From: Diadema antillarum
Taxonomy: Eukaryota
Assembly: GCF_040938485.1 (NCBI RefSeq)
Contig: NW_027271188.1
Location: forward strand, 806,001-870,000
Length of the DNA stretch: 64,000 nt
Direction: 5' to 3'
Shown here: positions 58,401 to 64,000 of the stretch, in pieces
Numbering within the stretch: position 1 is the first letter of the stretch
How the letters are laid out: each line of letters starts with the position of its first letter
Position numbers and translations under genes: made by a program
The notes under the pieces: model-generated
Told to the model about the DNA's origin: nothing
Databases searched by the model: none
Seen by the model: only the letters and a program-made list of their open reading frames with translations

Positions 58401-61400
58401 GTTTAAACCATGCTTTCAGAGAATAAACAGGGCTGCATGTAATGATAACAGGGAAAATTCAAGTCTTATATGACTATTTTTTCAGAGGATGGGGTAGAAA
58501 ACATGGAGTTGAGTGATGGGCATGTCACAAACACCATCCTGCAGCATGGGGATCAACTTGCTCATCACCTTGCTTTGGGTTTGGCTGACAACTGGAGTCA
58601 AGTAAGTACTTCATGCTCTCCCATGTTTTGTAAATAGCAATAGGATGGATGATTGTGAACACCCTTTTTTATATTGCCCATGACTTTAATATGAAAAAGA
58701 TTTACATTATTTCTGTTGTTAGAAGGTGACAAAGTGTGAGTTTGAATTAGGAATAATTACATGTCATCTCAGTAATACACATATTTTCATATATATACAC
58801 ATTCTTGTGTCCATCTTGTCAAAGAAATCTAGTGGATTCCTGATAAGCCAGTGTTTCTGACTTTCTGAACATCAGCAATCAGCATATTCAAAGTTAAGAA
58901 CTGTTTGTCTGTCTGTCTGTCTGTCTGTATCATGAGAAGTTGCGACTGTAATTTGTAGAGTGGCTGCATGCAATATGTGTGAAATGTTTAGAAACCAGAC
59001 TGATATCTGTCTATTAACTAGCTTCTACAGAGTTACGGTCTGTGGGAGTCATCAGTATTCAAATTGTTAATTTTGTTAAACAGATTTAGTTCAAATTCTT
59101 TGTTTAAAAGTAAAAATCTTTGAGGATTTCTATTTTGATTGTTTATTTTCATCTTTCTTACAACACCTTGCCAGGTTCGTCTTGCAGCGTCTACTGCCAC
59201 CAGACACTTTCTTTTGAATTTGCCAACTGAGTCGGCCAGGCAGAGGTTCTACCCCACACTCCTTCCCAGACTCTGTCTCAACAGGTATACTTAAAATCAG
59301 TTATCCCTTTAAAATGAAAGAAGAGTAGCAAAAATCAGTTATCCCTTTACAAGAAAGACGAGTAGCACAAATGTCTACTTTCTGTGTTGATAATAGTGAT
59401 CAACATGAGCTGCCATTGGTAGAGGCCTGGTTGATACCCCTCCTCAAACTTTTGATTTACCAGAGGTTTATGTGACAACACATAATTTATCATTTGCAAA
59501 AGCCTTTTCAGATAATGGGAAACTGTATATATATATATCTTTTTTTTTCTCCTCTGGCATCATTTCTGGCAGAAATGCCATTATTTGAGACACATCATCA
59601 TTATTATTTTTGTCTTTCTTTAATTTGAACTCCCTATGAAAGGTTTGATTTACAAATATTTGAGTGTCAGTTTGCTCACACTCTTAAGACGTAACAAATT
59701 AAACTGTTTTATGTGCTTGAGGAATGAGTAGAGCAGGAATATATTAGTGTAATGATGTGTGATTTGTAGTGGGGTAATATTATATAGATGATGACTGGCG
59801 GGGGAGGGAACATACCGAATGTTCCACCTGAAGGGTTTGAAATGCTATTGAGGGAGGTTATAAGTCCCGAGACGAAGTCGAGGGACTTATAGCCTCCCGA
59901 AATAGCGTTTCAAACCCTTCGGGTGGAACATTTGGTACATGTTCCCGACAACAAAAGTCATCATCTGTTATATTATATGGGTTAGTCAAATACGTCAAAT
60001 ACGTCAACGTCAACCACCAGCACAACGCACTCCATCGCGCAGAGCCAAATTCACTGTGCGCGCGCGGTCCTAAGCCTTCTGTCATTTGTTACGTGAAAAT
60101 GTTTTCCCATGGGAGAACATTTACAAGAATGTTCGCCCATGGGCGAACATAACGAATGTACCTCCATCACGTGCTGGTGTTCAGCCAATCACTAACCAAT
60201 ATTTGACTAACCCATTTAATATAAGTGATTGTAAGTTGCGACTGTAATTTGTAGAGTGGCTGCATGCAATATGTGTGAAATATTTAGAAACCTGCTTTCC
60301 AGGTTTGAAAGGAACCGGGATATATGCCTAAAATGTTTGATGGTCTGCCCAAATAGATTGAAATGAGATAATGTCCGGTATTGATTGCATGTATTGTTGC
60401 TCACCAATTAACATCAGGTACTATGTTGCTGAAGGTGTCAGAATATACTCGCAGGAGACGTGGCGTCAGGTGACAGGGTCACGTGGGAAGGAGCTGGTGG
60501 AACAGCACATTGATCATGTGGTGAGTAGTCTGTCCACAGGTCTGATTGTACCATGTACAATCAAATTGGTACTGTTTCAGTGTCTTTTTGTGAGATCTGT
60601 TGTTTTTCTTGTTTGTCATTATCTTAGATACATATTTATGAGCTCAGTGAATTCACTATTTCCAGGAGAATACTTATGAATATCTGTAATTCATTTCATT
60701 AGGAATGTTACAGAGTCAAGAAAACATCTGTGAACAAGTTGGAATGTTTTGGGGAAAAAATGAGATAATAATCTCTTGTTTGAAATCTGCATTTTTTTTT
60801 AATTTGATTGATGGTGATATTGAAAGTTATTATGAATGTCAAAATAGCATTTTCAGATCTTCTTACACAGCAACACAAGAAGAATATTCCAGTATTTACA
60901 TAGCTTCAACAGAAATTGGTTGAGTTCGCTTTCAACAAGTATAAATGGAGCATGTACTGTGAATGTAAATTTAGTTTATCATTCGGTCACATTGTTTGTC
61001 TCCCACAGGTTGAGTTCTACATACAGCAGAGTGATGCAGATAACCATGCAGTGAGGGAAGCAGCTTGTGCCTGCATAGCAGAGTTGGGGTCAAAGGTTAG
61101 ACATGTAGATTACTGTAAAACCAGAAATCTTCGTGGCATGAAATTTTCACAAATTGGAGCCAAAGGCCTTTTGCACGGCGTGAAATTTTCGCAAATTGCA
61201 ACTGGCATTCAGTGCAAATTGTGTAGACAAGAACTTTCATGTGCATTTTCACTTTGCAAATATTGGCTCTCGCAAAATTGAAATGCAGCAAAAATTTCTG
61301 GTTTTATAGTACATATAGGTACAGTCGCACAGTAAATTGTCACCATTATTTGGAAGGGGAAGAGGATATGTACATGCTTGCATTTGAGGTCATTCACAAT

Positions 61401-63382
61401 ATGGTACTTCAGAGTAAAATGGACGTTCAAAGGATGGTCAGCTTTTGTAGCATATATTGTTATTCGTCAGAAACACCATCATTTGCATTTAATTACTTTG
61501 TTTATTTCTGATTTCGGTACACCACTCGCTGATAAAGCAACAAACCATTGCCCAGATATTTCATCCATTTTATAACTGCACAGTAATTTCCTTCTTTGAA
61601 TAAGTGTTGAATCTTTTCTTCCAAAATATTACATTTACTCAGACTTGTGTATTGCAAGCATTTGTATTCATCTTTAGATTGACATCTGACTTGTGCATTG
61701 CAAACCTTTTTCATGTTCCAGATTGACAAAGATGCTGTTCGTAGTCATGTGCAACATTTATTGGAGGCACTCCTGGTGTGTTTCAAAGATGACAGCTGGC
61801 CAGTGAGGGATGCTGCCTGTGTTGCTTGTGGCAACTTTGTCAGGTGCTTCCCAGAAGAATCAAGGTCAGCACTCATTAAATGAAGCCTTTCTTCAGATTC
61901 CTTCCCCATCCCCATCTCCAAAATATCCAATTTCAATCATCAGTCATTTTTCGGTATTCCTCCCATTGCATAGAATGTGTGAAGTCTAATTGATCTGAGA
62001 GATATGCAGCACTATATCAACATGCTGGACCAATTTGGGGATGATATAACATAACCCTTCACATATTGATTTCTTCCTGTAGTCTGTATGATGGATGGAA
62101 ATGTGTCATGTATTATTGTTAGTTTAGAAGTGAAATGGGCCCAGCGGTTCAGTGGAAACTGAGGATGGCTCAATCCAAGTGAACAGTTTGGAAGACAATC
62201 TTGAAGTAGTGTTTTGTGACAGGTTTGTAGAAACCTTACACCAAAGACATTACATTAACTTGATGATACAGGCATTGCATAGGCTTACAAAGAGAAAATA
62301 ATTGGCTGTTTTTGGATCTGTATAGAGATGATTGGAACTAGTTTCAAAAGTAAAACATGATTTGTGTCATGTTCTCAAAGAAAAAGATAGCATGAACTAA
62401 TCTCCAGTGGTTGGGTTTTAGAGTAAAAGTCATTATGCAAGTGAGCTTAAAACTTGTGTCACCATCTTGTTCTTTTCTTCAACTTATGGCACAAATATCC
62501 TCTTCAGAAGCATTTACTTGCCTTCATGTAGCATCAAGTTAAGATTTTGGTACAAATGCCTGCAGCAATAAAATAACAGATATTTGCTCACAGATGTAGC
62601 CATTGATTTAAAAAAAAAGAAAAAAAAAGAAAGAAAGTGAAAGTGATCCATATGTTTTTAGGGTATGATTGCATTTTCAGTGAGTGCAAACTTGTATTGA
62701 TTATACCTTCACTTTGCCTCCTGTTTGTAAAGACAAAGTATGCCTGACCTGTACCCACTCTTCTTCGAGAACCTCCGAGACAACATTCCATCTGTCAGAC
62801 AAGGTGCTGCTGCAGCCCTGGCTAATGTAGTCAGAGCTTATGGTAAGTGTGCATACTTTGAAAGGGTATGAGGCAGACAACATTTTGGTAGTGAAAAATA
62901 CATGTTTTGAGTGAACGCACCCTTCTCTGACCGAAAGTCATCGAGATATGTTCGTTAATTAATTCTGGATGTTTGGAAGTTTTAGAAAGAATACATTTGT
63001 CATGTCATTGCAAGCTATGTGTATGACTTATATTCACACAATTTTTTTTTCTCAAAAGTATACGGAGGTCATAGTATATGAAACAGGTGGTCTCTATTAG
63101 CTATTGCACAGAATATTACCTTTTTGTTGTTTCACACAGTGGTTTGATGTATTCAGTATCTTTATATTTTTTCTATGTATATGGTTTTGTTTGTGTGTCT
63201 GTCCTGTTAAAGGTGATGAAGCCTCAGAATTCCTGATGACCAAGATTTCAGAAGGTATCAAAGGATTAGAGAACCAACCAGCCAGCTCAGAGAGATACAG
63301 TGGTTTGGATAAGGGTCCAGCTACCTATGGTGTTGTCAAACAGCTCAGAGACAATGACATGGAGCTTCATTCCAATCAGCAG
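52456..63382 (+). CDS. Uncharacterised HEAT/ARM-repeat protein, 11 exons in window (520 codons; continues beyond right edge)
   Basis: Exons 52456-52762, 55657-55835, 56441-56511, 57369-57532, 58486-58601, 59175-59284, 60418-60520, 61009-61095, 61722-61864, 62733-62842, 63213-63382, all GT-AG with consistent phases and no stop. Six HEAT-type motifs: LNDTEARVRLAAGELLGAL, LTHTNRFVRETG, LADNWSQVRLAAS, DADNHAVREAACACIAEL, FKDDSWPVRDAACVACG, LRDNIPSVRQGAAAAL. Confidence 0.9.
54022..54614 (+). mobile_element. 5'-truncated CR1/L2-group LINE, copy 2
   Basis: Near-identical to 50790-51586 without the MITE; (GAA)n tail. Confidence 0.85.
54640..55080 (-). mobile_element. Probable LINE ORF2 C-terminal (zinc-knuckle) fragment
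   Basis: Minus strand YPTNTCQALVGKQQNTRCPCQYKDETITHLLGECMLY resembles the C-x-C...ET-x-x-H-x4-C motif at non-LTR ORF2 ends. Confidence 0.5.
57611..57860 (+). mobile_element. Truncated Helentron-type HINE
   Basis: 5' end TTATTAGCTCACCTGAGC followed by a TGTC-rich tract and TTAACTTTTTCACAT; right boundary approximate. Confidence 0.55.
59776..60224. mobile_element. Crypton-like non-autonomous element (long hairpin plus second inverted-repeat pair)
   Basis: 181-bp imperfect palindrome 59786-59966 centred on CCCGAGACGAAGTCGAGGG; IR pair TATTATATGGGTTAGTCAAATA / TATTTGACTAACCCATTTAATA; TATTATAT direct repeats. Family label from recollection. Confidence 0.55.
61113..61309. mobile_element. TA-flanked MITE, 17 nt downstream of HEAT-gene exon 8 donor
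   Basis: TA-CTGTAAAACCAGAAAT...ATTTCTGGTTTTATAG-TA. Confidence 0.75.
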
Positions 63383-63878
63383 GTGACTTTGCTTTCTGCG
63401 TGTGTGTATTTGTCTATTAAAGATATAATCTAGCTACTTTGTTTATTTTCAAGTAGGTAGACTACCTACAGGGTATGCAGTAATTCCAAGTTATGTTTCA
63501 TATATGATGATTCTGTACAAGAACCCTTCATTCTGTGCAAACTTCTGCCTTTGCACTGAGAATAGCAGAAGACTGACACATGTAAAATATTATATCTTGG
63601 TCTGATGTTGATTCAGATGACTACGCTCCTATTTTCATGATATCTTGTGAATATTTTTGCATCTCTTTGATGCATTGGGTTGAAAGTCATGCAAACTTTT
63701 TTTGTGTGAAATCTTGACAGTATCATTGAGTAGGATGTATGTCAAAGCATCAAATTTTAATAGAGTGTGTAAAGTTTCAGGGAGACAATTTATTCCTCTT
63801 TTATTTATTTGGTTTTTTTTTTCTTTTTTACTGTATGAACTGTTATTGTCACCATATCAATCCATTTGGTTTTAAGTA

Positions 63879-64000
63879 CAGTGCAATTCCGTTTAACGTA
63901 TAATGAACACAGTTATAACGAAATTCCGGTTCAAACAAAATAAAAATTCAAGCCACACCATTAGCAGCTCTATGCTTTTTATTGTTTATTTGTTCGGTTA
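63879..64000 (+). mobile_element. MITE family 1 copy cut by window edge
   Basis: TA-CAGTGCAATTCCG...TATAATGAACACAGTTATAACGAAATT; similar to 139-260. Confidence 0.7.

Noticed and set aside
13590-63433. Stand-alone genes for the many 60-150 aa ORFs in the track
   Set aside because: Those with recognisable sequence are single exons read through into introns; the rest lie in repeats or AT-rich intron DNA and show no domain signature.

Overview
AT-rich eukaryotic genomic DNA with GT-AG introns and dense non-autonomous transposons, most consistent with a marine invertebrate deuterostome such as a sea urchin (inference from gene and repeat style). Five spliced protein-coding genes were assembled by hand with consistent reading frames across every junction: SYMPK (-, 6 N-terminal exons, runs off the left edge); PPP5C (+, 12 exons, 498 aa, complete, one U12-type intron); NTPCR (-, 5 coding exons, 192 aa, complete); B4GAT1 (-, 3 coding exons, 437 aa, complete); and a HEAT-repeat gene I cannot name (+, 11 exons, 520 codons so far, runs off the right edge) lying head-to-head with B4GAT1. 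Introns and intergenic DNA hold many mobile elements: TA-flanked Tc1/mariner-type MITEs, TTAA-flanked Kolobok-like and piggyBac-like elements, Helentron-type HINEs, LINE 3' fragments, telomere-repeat-bearing MITEs, a Crypton-like hairpin element and a 6-bp-TSD element. PPP5C intron 9 holds a nested hAT-like element > 71/142-bp minisatellite > HINE > 158-bp repeat structure. There are two assembly gaps. No rRNA, tRNA or CRISPR array was seen. Gene names and transposon superfamily labels come from recognising motifs by eye, not from database searches.
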